From the NCBI RefSeq assembly GCF_009914755.1, contig NC_060934.1: a DNA stretch of 64,000 nucleotides, one strand, 5' to 3'. The stretch is from the human T2T-CHM13v2.0 reference genome, Homo sapiens. Under the pieces are notes generated by a model that was given only the letters and a program-made list of their open reading frames with translations, did no database searches and was not told the origin of the DNA. Both the position numbers and the translations under genes were made by a program. Positions 16,412 through 30,514 of the stretch are shown piece after piece. Numbering within the stretch: position 1 is the stretch's first letter; every line of letters begins with the position of its first letter.

Positions 16412-17749
16412 TCATCCATAGTATCTTAAAATGCTAAGCATACTATGCTGATAGTATTCTAAAATGCTAAGCATAGTATGCTGATGTTTCAGCATAACCT
16501 GATACATGTAATGCAGTTAATGCATGTTAGCAGTTAATAATAGCAACAACATGTTTCATAGTAACATGAAAGTCAAGGGTTTTTAATTGCTCACAATTTT
16601 ATGTAGCTGCCCAGAAAGCTAATTTTATTTACTTCAATACCTGTGTTTGTTTATTATTATTCTGTCCATACCAAGGATCATGGTAGTAATGGAGATAAAA
16701 ATAAAGAGGACACAGTTTTTAACCTGTACCCAGTACATTGTTCGAAAACTATAGGTTAAAACCGGTTAGTGGGTCTTAAAATGAATTTTCATCATGACTA
16801 GAATTTTTGGTAATGAAGTAAAACAGTATAAAACTATCAAAAGGACATCACATGTAATAAGGACAAATACTTTTTCATGAAATTTGTTTTTAGTGAGAGA
16901 AATATATGTATATCTCCCTATATTACACACATGGATATGTGCATACACATGTAAATGCATACCTATTCATGTATATATGTACTTGGTTGTGTTATAAAAT
17001 GTATTTTTATTGTGGATCAGTGTCCCCACCCCCCAAAATAGAAAACTCTGTTCTAGTAGATAAACAATACTATGCTCAAGACTCCAAGGCCAATAAATCA
17101 TAGAGCTGGGACTTCAGTAGTAAATAAGGCAGCTATCACTGCATCAATAAAACATGAAATTATCAATAAATTTACTGAGAGACATTTGTGATGTTTTATT
17201 TTTAAAAACCTGAGAAACTTTGTAGAAACCATTTACGTTCTGTGGGAAGACCAAATATTATAAATGCTACAGATATTAAAGTAGTAATCAAGATAGCTAG
17301 CTTATAGTCTAGGGGAATATACATGTATTAAATTAAATAATTATGAGAATGATGTGTTGCAAAGGGTAACAAATTAGGTGTTATAAAAAGATTGTGTAAG
17401 ATACAATCTGAGTGTATAATAAATTGTGTGTTGTATAAAGATTGTACAAAATACAATTTGAGTGTATGGTGTGTATCTACAGTTTTTCTCAGTACGATTT
17501 ACAGATTTAATACAGTTTCAGCCAAAATCATAACAGCTTTGTTTTTGGAATTTATCAAAATGACTCCAAAATTGGAAACATCAAAGGATAAGATTTGTGT
17601 ACATTGAAAAGGAGAAAGGGGAAAAAACCCTTTAGAGCAGGGTATAATACTGACACAAATAGACACAACACATAGAGCAATGAAAGAGAATAGGAAACAT
17701 AGAAATATGTGCTGATGTATTTAGTAAAAAATAATTGGCTATAGAAAGG

Positions 17750-17963
17750 TTTTTTTTTTGGTTGGTTGGGTTTTTTTTTTTTTTGTTTTTTGTTTTTTTT
17801 TTTAAAGAACAGGGTCTTGCTGTGTTGCCTGTGCTGGAGTGCAGTGACTACTCACAGGTGTGATCATAAAGTACTGCAGCCTCAAACTTCTGGCTTCGAA
17901 TGATCCTCCTGCTTTGGCCTCCCAAGTAGCTGGGACTACAGGCACATGCTGTTGCGTCCACCT
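17750..17963 (-). mobile_element. FAM (fossil Alu monomer, 7SL-derived)
   Basis: Monomer with the 7SL-like gtgactactcacaggtgtgatc segment; TSD tatagaaag(g/a)tttt. Confidence 0.75.
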
Positions 17964-19825
17964 GCATATAGAAAGATTTTATGCAAAAGTTACTGAGGAA
18001 AATTTATTAGTTTAGGAAAACTTAGTTTCTTATACTGTAGCAGAACACAGATGGCTTGAGGAGTTGGATATTTTTTAAAAACCAAAATCTAGAAAAATTA
18101 GTAGAAATTAGGAATATCTTTAAGTGCCAAAACAAACCTACAGGAAGGGATATCTGGGTTCAGATATGTACAGACGTAACAGATATGTAAATGTGTAGGT
18201 TCAATAAAAAATTTAAACAGAAAAAATTTGTAAATACTATTTGCTTAGAATATTATAAAGGTTCTATTTATATATAACAACATTCCAGTTAACTTGGATG
18301 CCAGATAGATATGTTTTTTATTTCAAAGTGTCTTTGCCCTGACCATCTGTGAGGATCACTTCACCTCTAAAGCGCTTATTAAAATCAGATTTTATAAGTC
18401 AGTGTTTTTAAAATCCTCTCAAATGTAGCTTGAATTAGTAGATTTTAAATCCCACTGTTGAATTTTACAGTATTACTCAAAAATTATTTGTAGTGCACAT
18501 TCTGGACTGTGTGATGTGATGTGATTGTTCATCTATATACCTTTGTATTTAAAAAAGAAAAAAAACTTACAAAAAGAAAAGAAAGAAAATGTCTCTGTCC
18601 TCTTCCTCTGCTCCCTTTCCTAGGATGCCTCTTGTCATTGTGTTGTAGCATATCTGAAACACAAGGCAGCTTTGTTGACATCACTGATGATGCTTGTTAG
18701 TAGGGATTTGTCAGTGCTGCTAAACGTTTTTGTTAGTCATTTCAAGTATCCATGTCCATTGCAGCTGCTCTGGAACTCACAGGAAGATCTCAGTTTTTGC
18801 AAACTCATGGAAGAATCACCTGGGTAAGATGGAGTTTGTTACAGGGTTTTCAGCAAGTTAACATGTGGAAGAATTATAGTATTAGAACAAAAGTTTGCCA
18901 TTGTGATGTGTCAAAAAAGAAGAGTGGAAGATGGTTTGCTGACAATAGTCCTCTAATGCTTTGAGAATAGAGGAAGGTTTATCCATCTTTAATAAAATGC
19001 TGATAATGTATTAGCATCCTAATTGCATTCAGAGTTCAGAAATTCTAACTAGAAACTGTAGAGACTGCTAAAACATTTCACCTAGTAAAGCAGTCCAGAA
19101 TTCCTAGACAGTTGGTTAACTGTGAATTACTTATTTTTTGTTCAGTTGCTATGGATTTTTTGTACTATTTTTGCTCCTGTGCATTTATTAAATATGTTTA
19201 TGCAAAACACTTGGAACAGTACCCAGCACTGGTCAATAAATGTTAGCTCTTTAGTATGTATAATGTGAAACATGAAAATTGAATGCATGAAGTTATTTCT
19301 TCAGTATTTTTTAGAAAGAGTATGTTTTCTATTTTATGATCCCCGCCGCCCCCCTCCCCCCACCAAATGTTTCCTAATTTTGGCCTGGGCACTTTCCTTT
19401 TAGTCAAGGATTAATAGAGAGTACTAACCATTGGTTAGTGTCAGAGTTATTAGGAGGGTGGTTATTATTTGATTCAGTTGTTGTTATATTCCTAATCTTT
19501 AAGGCTCTTGTGCTTTAATGGAAATAATAGCTTTTTTATCTTTTTGATCTCCTAAAATCTGGACTGCTAGACTGTTTAATAAAAAGGAGCAGAATTTTTT
19601 GAAGCATATTAATAACTTAAACACTAGTAACTCCTAGTTGTCTTGGGCTGTCCCATGCATTTATTTTATTTCATTTTTTTTTTCAGTTTTCAAAAATAAT
19701 GACTTGGTATATGGGGCTTTCACTTAATTTATTTCTAATTTCTAATTTTTAAATTGATCAGAACAATATATTTCTATGATATAAGTTCTTTGGAAGGTGT
19801 TAATGTTTTCTTTGTGGGCTAGAAC

Positions 19826-20020
19826 AGAGTTTGGAAAACTTTTCTTTAGAAGATCACGTAGTAAATATTTTAGCCATTTTGGGCAAGACACAAAATTGAG
19901 GCTATTATGTAGATAAAACATTTCAAATGCGACCATTTAAAAATGTGAAAGCTTTCTTAACTGTAGTAAAAAGAGGCAGCTGGCCAGATTTGTCCTGTGA
20001 ACCGTAGTTTGTTAATCTCT
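19826..20020. mobile_element. MER58-like hAT DNA transposon relic
   Basis: cagagtttggaaaacttttct..agtaaatattttagc..gccagatttgtcctgtgaaccgtagtttg. Confidence 0.65.
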
Positions 20021-20509
20021 CGCCAACAGCGTGGTCAGTTTTTATGATGGCTCTGTTCGTTTGAATGGAATATATATTTTCTGTATCTTAGGTAGCAGTA
20101 TGTCTATTATATCAGGCTTGTTAATTGTACTATTTATATCTTGCTTATCCTTACTAAATTTTTGCCTTTGATGTGTGAATTTCTGAGAGTAGTGTTAATC
20201 TCCTGCTATAATTACAGATGTCTCAGTTTCTCCTTTTAATGCTGTCCATTTTTGTTGTAGTATTTTCAGGCTATTGTATCAGGTATATACATGTTTATGA
20301 TTGGTACATCTTCTTGGCAGATTGGTCCTCTGATTACTAATTAGAATTCTTTGTTTATCTTTATTAATACTTTCCTTCTTTAATGGTACCCTGCTTCTCG
20401 TGTTACAATAATATTGCTATTTCAGCTTTTTGTGGGTGTGATTGTTGAGATTTATCTGGTGTTTCTCTCTCCTTTTTACTTGCTTTTAGCTGTTTTTTGA
20501 TCAAATCTT

Positions 20510-20955
20510 ATCTTAGTTTTTTAGAGCTGCCATAACAGATTACCACACCTTGGAGGCTTACATCAATAGAAGTTTATTCTGTCATAGTTCTGGAGGCTAG
20601 AAATCCAAAACCAAGGCGTTGTCATCAGGGCTTTTCTCTGTCTGAAGGCTCTGTAAGAGAAACTTGCGTTTCTTCTACCTTCTAATGGTTACCAGCAATC
20701 CTTGGGATTCCTTGATTTGTAGATGCATCTCTCCAGTCTCTACTTCCATCTTCACATGACCTTCTCCCTTGTGTGTCTGTGGGTCCAAATTTCTCCCTTC
20801 TTATAAGGATATCCGCTATATTGGATTTATGACCCACCCTAATCCCGTGTGAACTCAACTTGATTACATCGTAAAGGCCTATTTTCAAGTAATGTCATAT
20901 TCACAGGTTCTGGATGGACATGAATTTCTAGGGGGGACATCATTCAAGCTAGTGC
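20510..20955. mobile_element. MLT1 (MaLR) LTR
   Basis: gctgccataacagattaccac..tttattctgtcatagttctggaggctagaa..ttataagga..gtcatattcacagg. Confidence 0.75.
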
Positions 20956-21367
20956 AGTTCTATTGAGATGCAATATACACAGTAAAATTCAGCCTTTTGG
21001 TGTGCAGTTTTTTTTAAGTGTTTAATAAGCATATTTTATTTAAATAAATCCTCTCATAGGAAATGAAGAATTCATTGCTTTTACTTAGAAGAAGGCTGTT
21101 AAATAGATGTCAAATTTATATATGCAGCTCACCAGTATTTCCTTATTGGCAACATCTGTATTTCCACAATACACTTCCCAAAAGGACTTCTAAGTCTCAA
21201 AATTCTGTCTCCTTTGATGTGCTTCTCTCTTGATTACACCCAGGCTCTATTAATGGTTTGGTTCATATCATTATCTCCTTCTTCATATATTTTCTTTAGA
21301 ATATTCATCAATCCCTCACTAGCATCTGTTTCAGTATCATAGGAGGGTTTCTCTTTTTCTTTGCACT

Positions 21368-22122
<755 letters not shown>

Positions 22123-23722
22123 TAAGAACTGTATCAGTCTTGACCTTTTTTGAACTGCCTTCCACAGAAATGAGTTTCAGGAGATTGTTCACAGTCATGG
22201 AGTAACTCCTCCCACTTAGATTCTTTACCAAAAGATCAAATGACCTCTCTGTAAAATGCACCTGCACATTCTCAGAGGGAACTTGATGAACTCCAGTTAA
22301 GGTAATGTAGATTTTCACAGACTTATCTGACTGATCCCATCCATAATTACTGGTTTTCACTGTATATCCCATTGTAACGGGAGCAACCACAGCATCTGGC
22401 TTTTCATTATCAAGAAGTTCTGCTTTCTTCTATGATTTCTGTTGCATCTTGTTCTGGATTTCTGTCTCAATTTTGGATTTTTTCACCTGTAAGGGCATCA
22501 CGTACTCCTTTCCTAGTAGCCTTCTCCAGCAACACCTTTGCTTCTTCTAGATGTTTCTGTAGCTCTTCCAAAGCCTAGATCGGGCTGGGTCAGGCCAAAG
22601 ACCCGAGCTGCAGCCACACAGGGGAGAGAACAGGAAACGCCATGCAGAGCCCTCAAATCAAACACAGACCCCCACCTGCATGAATTCAGTGTACAGTTTT
22701 ATGAGCTTTAATTGACAATTGTGCAGCTATTACAATCCCCTCCCAGAATTCCTTTTCTTTTAAAGTCAATTTCTACACCCACTGCTAGCTCCTGGCAACC
22801 ACTGATATGAAAAGATTATCATATAAATGGATATGATATAGCCTTTTGAGTATAATATATAGCCTTTGAGTCTGGCTTTTTTTACTTAACATAATGCAAC
22901 TTGAAATATTCATTTATGCTGTACCGTGTATTAGGAATTCGTTTCTGTATATTGCAGAGTTAGTGTTCTATTTTAATGCTACCAGTTTGCTTATTCATTT
23001 ACCAGCTGAAGGGTATTTATGTTGCTTTCTACTTTTTTTGCAGTTACAAATAAAACTGCTGTGAACATTTGTTTACAGATTTTCATGTGAGCATGTGTTT
23101 TTATTTCTCTCGGGTAAATACTTGGGAGTAGGATTGCTGGGTTGTATGGTAAGTGTAAACTTAACTTTTTAAGAAACTACCAAACTGTTTTCCTTGGTGA
23201 CTATATCATTTTGTATTGCCACTAGCAATGTAAGAATGTAACTATTGTTCTGCATTCTTGCTGGCACTTGGTATTATCAGTGTATTATAAAAGCCACTGA
23301 ATAGGTGTTTAGTGGTATCTCATTGTTGATTTAATTTGCATTTGTGTAAAGATTAATGATATTGAGCATATTTTCATATGACTGTTTGCCATTTATATGT
23401 CTTTTTTGGTGAAGTGTCTTTTTTGCCTATTAACACAAATGTCTTTTCTTACTGATTTTTGAGAGTTCTTTATATATTTTAGATATAGCTCCTTTATTAG
23501 GTATGTAAGTGATGAAACAAATGGATATTTTTAAAAATGGGACTAGCTTTTTGGGCAACTATGTACAATTGTGAGGTAATAACCCTGCACCTTCACATTC
23601 TCATTATTTTCTTACTATTGTTTTAAAATTAGCTGACACTTTAAAAAGGCTTTCTATGAGTTACGCATTATGCTCGGTATTTACTTGAATGATTGCAGAT
23701 ATTTTCTTCCAGTCCATGTCTT

Positions 23723-24220
23723 CTTTTATATATATATTATATATTATATATAAATATATTATATATTATATATTATATAAAATATATTATATATAATATA
23801 TTATATATTATATATAATATGTTATATATAATATATTATATATAATATATTATATATTATATATAATATATATATTTATTTTAAATATATATTTTAAATA
23901 TATATTTATTTAAATATATATTTTAAAAAATATATTTAAAATTATATTTATATATAAAATATATATTATAAAATATATAATATATATATAAAAGACATGG
24001 ACTGGAAGAAAGTATCTGCAATCATATATATTTATATATAATATATGTATAATTATATATAATGTATATTATTATATATAAATTTATATTTATATATTAT
24101 ATATAATTATATATTTATATATTATATATAATTATATATAATTATATTATTTTTAATTTTAGTTATTATATAAATTATATATATTTATATATAATTATAT
24201 TATATATAAATATATAAAAT
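23723..24220. repeat. AT-rich low-complexity/(TA)n region with embedded inverted repeat
   Basis: ~500 bp almost pure A/T. Confidence 0.92.
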
Positions 24221-24221
24221 T

Positions 24222-24527
24222 TTGTTTGTTTGTTTTTGTTTTTGTTTTTGTTTTTGGAGACAGAGTCTTGCTCTGTTGCCCAGGCTAGAGTGCAGTGGTG
24301 TGATCTAGGCTCACTGCAACTTCCACTTCCCTGGTTCAAGTGATTCTCCTGTCTCAGCCTCTGGAGTAGCTGGGATTACAGGCGAATGCCACCACGCCCA
24401 GCTAATTTTTTGTATTTTTTTCCGTAGAGATGGGGTTTTACCATGTTGGCCAGGCTGGTCTCAGAACTCCTGACCTCAGGTGATCCGCCTGCTTCGGCCT
24501 CCCAAAAGGCTGGGATTACAGGTGTGA
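24222..24527 (-). mobile_element. AluS
   Basis: Alu dimer with (TTTTTG)n tail. Confidence 0.9.
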
Positions 24528-25507
24528 GAGCAAAAGTTCTGCTCTTGAAGTAAAATTTATCATTTTTTTGCCACCATTTTTTCCATAGATCATGTTTTGG
24601 TCTAAGAAATCTTTGCTCAACCCAAGATTGCAAAGATTTTCTATGTTTAAGTGGATAAGTTTTATAGTTTTAAGTTTGAAACTTAGGTGTATAATCTGTT
24701 TTAAGAGTTTTTGTATGTGGTATGAGTTATGGGCCAAGATTATTTTTATCACGTGTATGTTCAGTTGTTCTAGCACCATTGGTTGGAAAGAATATTGTTT
24801 CTGTAGTGTTTTGCCTTTGTAATTTTGTCAGAAATGCCTTTGACCATAAATGTGTGGGTCTGTTTCTGGACTCTTTTCTTTCCATTGATGTATGTTTATC
24901 TTTTTGCTATTATCACTTTCTCTTGATTACTGGAGCTTTATAGTAAGTCTTTAAGTAGTGTGACTCTTCCAACTTTCTCTTTTCAGAATTGTTTGACTAT
25001 TTTAGTTCTTTTGCCTTTTCATGTAAATTTTAGAAGCAGCGTTTCTATTTCTACAAAAAATAAATTCTGCTGGGATTTTGATAGGGAGAATACTGAATCT
25101 CCAGTTGAGTTTGGAAGAGAATTGATATCTCAACAATATTTAATCTTTCCATTCATGAACAGAGGATATCTCCATTTATTTAGTTCTCTCTGATTTCTTT
25201 CACATATACACACACATATATTCCTTCACATATACACATATATACATACACATATATGTATATACATATATGTGAAAGAAATCAACCTATATATTTAATA
25301 TACAGAGTCTGTGTTTTGTTGGATTTGTACCTAAGTATTTCTCTTTTGTTATTTTGGATTTTTTTCCCTTGTCTTTTGGATTTTGCTTTATCATAAATGG
25401 TAGTTTTTTTTAAATTCAATTTTCAGTTGTTTGCCATACACAGTTGATTTTTGTATATTGACCTTGTATCCTGTGATTTTGCTAAATTCATGTACTAGTT
25501 CTAGTAG

Positions 25508-25767
25508 TTTTTGTTTTTGTCTTTGAGACGTTCTCGCTGTGTTGCCCAGACTGGAATGCAGTGGCACGATCTCAGCTCACTGCAACCCCTGCTTCCTGGA
25601 TTCAAGCGATTCTCCTGCGTCAGCCTCCTGAGTAGCTGGAATTACAGGCATGTGCCACCACGCTTGGTTAATTTTTGTATTTTTAGTAGAGATGGAGTTT
25701 TGCCATGATGGCCAGGGTGTTCTTGAATTCCTGACCTCATGTGGTCTGCCTGCCTCAGCCTCCCAAA
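25508..25767 (-). mobile_element. AluS, slightly 5'-truncated
   Basis: Alu sequence; TSD ttctagta(g/c)ttttt. Confidence 0.88.
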
Positions 25768-26001
25768 TTTCTAGTACTTTTATTATAGATACTTAAGGGA
25801 CTTTCTACACCATACATTCTGTGTCTAAATGAGGTTATTTTATTTTTTTCTTTCCTATTCGTTCGCCTTTTATTTCTTTTTCTTGCCTTATTGCACTGGA
25901 TAGAAACTCCACTATGATATTGAATAGGAGTGCCTTGTTCCTGGTCTTGGGGTAGAATATTCCATGTTTCACCATTAAATATGATGTTACTGGTAGGATG
26001 T

Positions 26002-26318
26002 TTTGTTTTGTTTTGGTTTGGTTTTGGGGGGGAATCAGAGACAGGATCTCCTTCTGTTACCCAGGCTGGAGTGCAGTGGCACAGTCATGACTGACCACAG
26101 CCTTGACTTCCCAGGCTCAGGTGATTCTCCCACCTCATTCTCCCAATTAGCTGGGACTACAGGTGCATCCCACCACACCTGGCTAATTTTTTATAGTTTT
26201 GGTAGAGACAGAGTTTTAGCATGCTGCCCAGAATGGTCTTGAACTCTTGGGCTCAAGCGACCTGCCCCTCTTGGCCACCCAAAGTACTGGGGTTACAGGC
26301 ATGAGCCACCATGCCTGG
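26002..26318 (-). mobile_element. AluJ
   Basis: Diverged dimer with gggctcaagcga. Confidence 0.85.
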
Positions 26319-26446
26319 TGGGTTTTTTGGATGAACTTTATCAGGTTGAGCAAGTTCTTTTATTCCTAGCTTTCTGAGTTTTTTTTAAATCCTGATTGGA
26401 TATTGAATTTTGCCAGGAAATTTATCTGTGTAGTCTATTGAGATAA

Positions 26447-26887
<441 letters not shown>

Positions 26888-29800
26888 ATTTTTTAAAAGA
26901 CTTCTGCATCCTTATACATGAAGAATATTGATCTGTAGTCTTCTTATACTGTCTTTGTTTTAGTATCAGGGAAGTGCAATTAATGGCCTCATTAATTGAT
27001 TTTATTAATTTAATTTGATTTTTCTCTAAGTGGTTGTATAGAATTGATGTTATTCTCTTAAATTTTGGAACAATTTGCCAGTAAAACATCTGGCCTCAGA
27101 TTTTTTTTTTTTTAGTGAGAGGCTTTAAACCATGAATTCATTTTTATTAGTAGTCATATGTTTACACAGCTTATCTATTTCATCTTAGGTGAGTTTCAAG
27201 AGTTTGTTGCTTTTGAGGAATTTTGCCACTTCACATAAGTTGTCAAATTTGTGTGTGTAGAGTCATTCATATTATTATTGCTTTATTTACTCTTAGCATT
27301 TGAGATGTCTGTAATGATATTTCTGCTTTCATTCCTGATAATGTTTTGATTTGTGCTTTCTTTTTTGCATTTTGGCAGTTTTGCTAGATGTCTAGCAATT
27401 TTCAAAGAAAGTGTTTTTAGTTTCATTGATTTGTTTGTGTTTTTTAATTTTCAGTTTCATTAATTTCTGCTCTTGATTATTTTCTTCTTTCTGCTTGTTG
27501 TACATTTATTTTGCTCCAGTTATTGATTTGACACCTTTGTTTTAATAAAAGTATTTCATTCTATAATTTTCCCTTATCACTCTGCTTTAGTTGCATTCCA
27601 CAAATTTTGGTATGTGGTGTCTGTTATTTTCCTTCAATTCACAATATTTTCTTGTTTTTCTTGAGACTTCTTCTTTGACCCAAGGATGATTTAGAAGGTT
27701 GTCTACTTTTCAAGTGTATGGAGATTATCTTTCTGTTATTAGTTTCTAGTTAAATTCTCTTATATTCAGAGAGCATATGTTTGGTGTATTTTTAGTTCTT
27801 TTAAATTTGGTTTCTCAAATCTGTAGGTTTGTGTCTTTCACCAAATTCGGGGTGTGTTTATCCATTATTTCTTGAAATATTTTTTCTGCCCACCTCTATC
27901 CTTCTGTGACTTCAATGACAGGAGTGTTAGCTCTTTTATTACTGTCCGCATATGTTCCTGAGCAGGCTCTGTCAATTTTTTTTGACCAATCTTGTTGCTC
28001 TTCATCATTCAGATTGGATAATTTTTGTTGATCACTCTTTAAGTTTATTGTATAATCTGAAATGCTAGTATTTAGCCCATCAATAGTGCATTTTAAAATT
28101 TTGGTTTTTGACTCTTTTCAGGTCTAAAATCTCCATTTGTTTCTACTTTTTATATTCTGTTTTTTTTTTTTCCCCCTGAGATTTTCTCTTTGTAGTCCCT
28201 TCAAGAGTTTATTCTTTTGGAGAATTTTAATAACAGCTCTGTTAAAATCTCTTCCAGTTCTACCTTCTGTGTCATTTTGGTGTTGGTGTTTTTTGATTGT
28301 CTTTTCCTTTGTGAGTTGACATTTTCTCCTCTGTTTAGATGTTGAGTAATTTTGGATTATATATTAGATATTTGAACGTTGTATAATGAGATTCCTGATC
28401 TTCTTTAAATCTTTATTTTATTTTGTTTTTAAACAGGCAAACAATGTGGTTGAGTTTAGGCTACAAGGTACAGCTAGCTGTCTTGATTGTGGTTTTAATG
28501 CCAGCTCTGTTTTCAAAGCTTTTGCCATGCTTTCCAGATCTGTTCTGAGTATACATCTTCCAGAGGCTAGTCTGGGACCTGGGAAGTGATCTTAGGTTAT
28601 TTTTCAAAGTCTTTGCTATGCTGTTTAGGATCAGATCCAAGCAAGTGCTGCTCAGGGATGAACCGATGAATTTACAACAGCTTTATGGAGCTACTTTACT
28701 CAGTTCCTGGTATTTTGTGACCTCTGGTATTTTCTGTTTTGCTGGACTTCTCTTTTTTCCTCTATCCTTAATGCTGTTGTTTTATTTTTTCTATTCTGCT
28801 GTACACTTCCCACAAGTGCACCTGCATTTAATGCAAAGCAGTATGTGCTTGTGTTGTCTCATATTCCTTGGGGTTCCTGCATTGCAGTTGGGAAGAAGAC
28901 ATTTAGATATTTGGAAATAATTCAAATTTTACAGTCTGTCTCTCTTCTCAAATATACTTGTAGGTAGGACTGGCGATGCTTTTATATGTCTAGGCAGTAA
29001 TAACGGAGATGAACTTTTTACTGAGATGAGTCCTGTAAAACTCACTTTACTTTCTTTATTTCTTAATTTTTAAAAATGTGTTCCGAGAATATTGCTATTC
29101 ATTAGAATGTTGCCTATGTTCTTAGATCAAAGTCTTAATGTCCATTTGACACCACCATAGAAAAGTAATTTATCTATGCTGGAAATTTGGCAAACACTTA
29201 CTCTCTTGACTGTCAATCAGCATTACCTTTTGAACTGCCCTAAATACACATTTAGAAATTCTGGGCCCCATCCCTAGAGATTCTGTGTCAGTGGGTATAC
29301 AGTACAATAAATTAAGAAGAAAATAACCTGCATGCTCACCTCCCCTATTGTAGACATTATCCATGGTATGGGAGAACCAGAAAAGATATATCTGAGGAAG
29401 ATTGCAATGTTATGTTCCTTGAAGGTTGCTGGTTCAGTCACTGGGTTTACTGAGGCAGCCAGGAATCATGAACAAATAAGGTGTTGAACCTCAGTTGTGC
29501 TGCCTTAGTCAGGGGCTCAGTCCTGATCAAGGTAGCACGTCATCCAGTTATATTCTTCACTGGTTCATTTTTCTTGAGGCTGTCTTTCTGAACCATTGAG
29601 CATGTGGTTTCTTAGTACTAAACCAGTTCAGCAAAGGGTGGAACTTAGTATTGTCATCCTATTTTATTTATAATGTTTTGGAACAAAAATCTTTATTTCA
29701 GCCTTTTTTGAGGCATGAGATACATCCAGTAAAGTGGTTAAGGTGTACCAATCTTAAGTGTACAGCTCAAGCTTTTCATATGTATGTTTAACTACCGTAC

Positions 29801-30430
29801 ACTCAGGACATAGAACATTTCCAGCTTCCTACTAGGTTCCCTAATGTTCCTTCTTAGTCAGTAACCCCCTTCCCTTTAGTCTACCATCATTCTTCTGATT
29901 TCTAACACCATAGATTAGTTTTGCCTTTTCTCAGACTTCATATAAATGGAGTTATGTGATATATATCCTCATGTAGCTAGTATTTTTAATTCAGTTATTT
30001 TTGCTGCTAAGCCTTACTGGGTTACTTAATATTATTGTTTATGGCTCCTTGGTACTCAAAACATGTCTAAACCAAAGCAGATTCAGTTGACCTTTGTTTT
30101 ACACTTTTCCTAGGTGAAACAGTCTTAAAATTCTTTAGGAAATTTCTCATAATGCTTAATGGTTCTGTATTTCAGCCGCTTATATAGTATCCGTTATTTA
30201 CTTCCACAGATTATTCTTGCCGTAGCTCCCTTTTTTCTTCTTCCACATTTCCTTCTAACAGTATATATAGGGGAAATGAAGATTTCTAAAATTTTGTCTC
30301 CCATTTGTTCTTCACCATGCTAGCATTTGGTCTTCACCATGCTAGCATTTGGTCTGGGTAAATTCAGGTTGAACTGAATGTCCACAATTACTATATTAAT
30401 CTAGTGTTTTTCTTCCCTTCTTTCTGACAG

Positions 30431-30514
30431 CATGATGGAAGTGGTTCATTGCATGATATTCAACTGTCATTGCCATCCAGTCCAGAACCAGAAGATGGTG
30501 ATAAAGTATATAAG
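30431..30514 (+). CDS. CCSER2: CCSER2 coding exon B (84 nt, phase 0/0): HDGSGSLHDIQLSLPSSPEPEDGDKVYK
   Basis: ttcttcccttctttctgacAG acceptor at 30430; AAG|GTATGA donor; continues exon A frame without a stop. Confidence 0.9.

Noticed and set aside
23509-23636. C/D-box snoRNA-like pattern (GTGATGA ... CTGA)
   Set aside because: No convincing terminal stem outside the boxes, no recognisable guide sequence, and the 3' part overlaps MIR-like sequence
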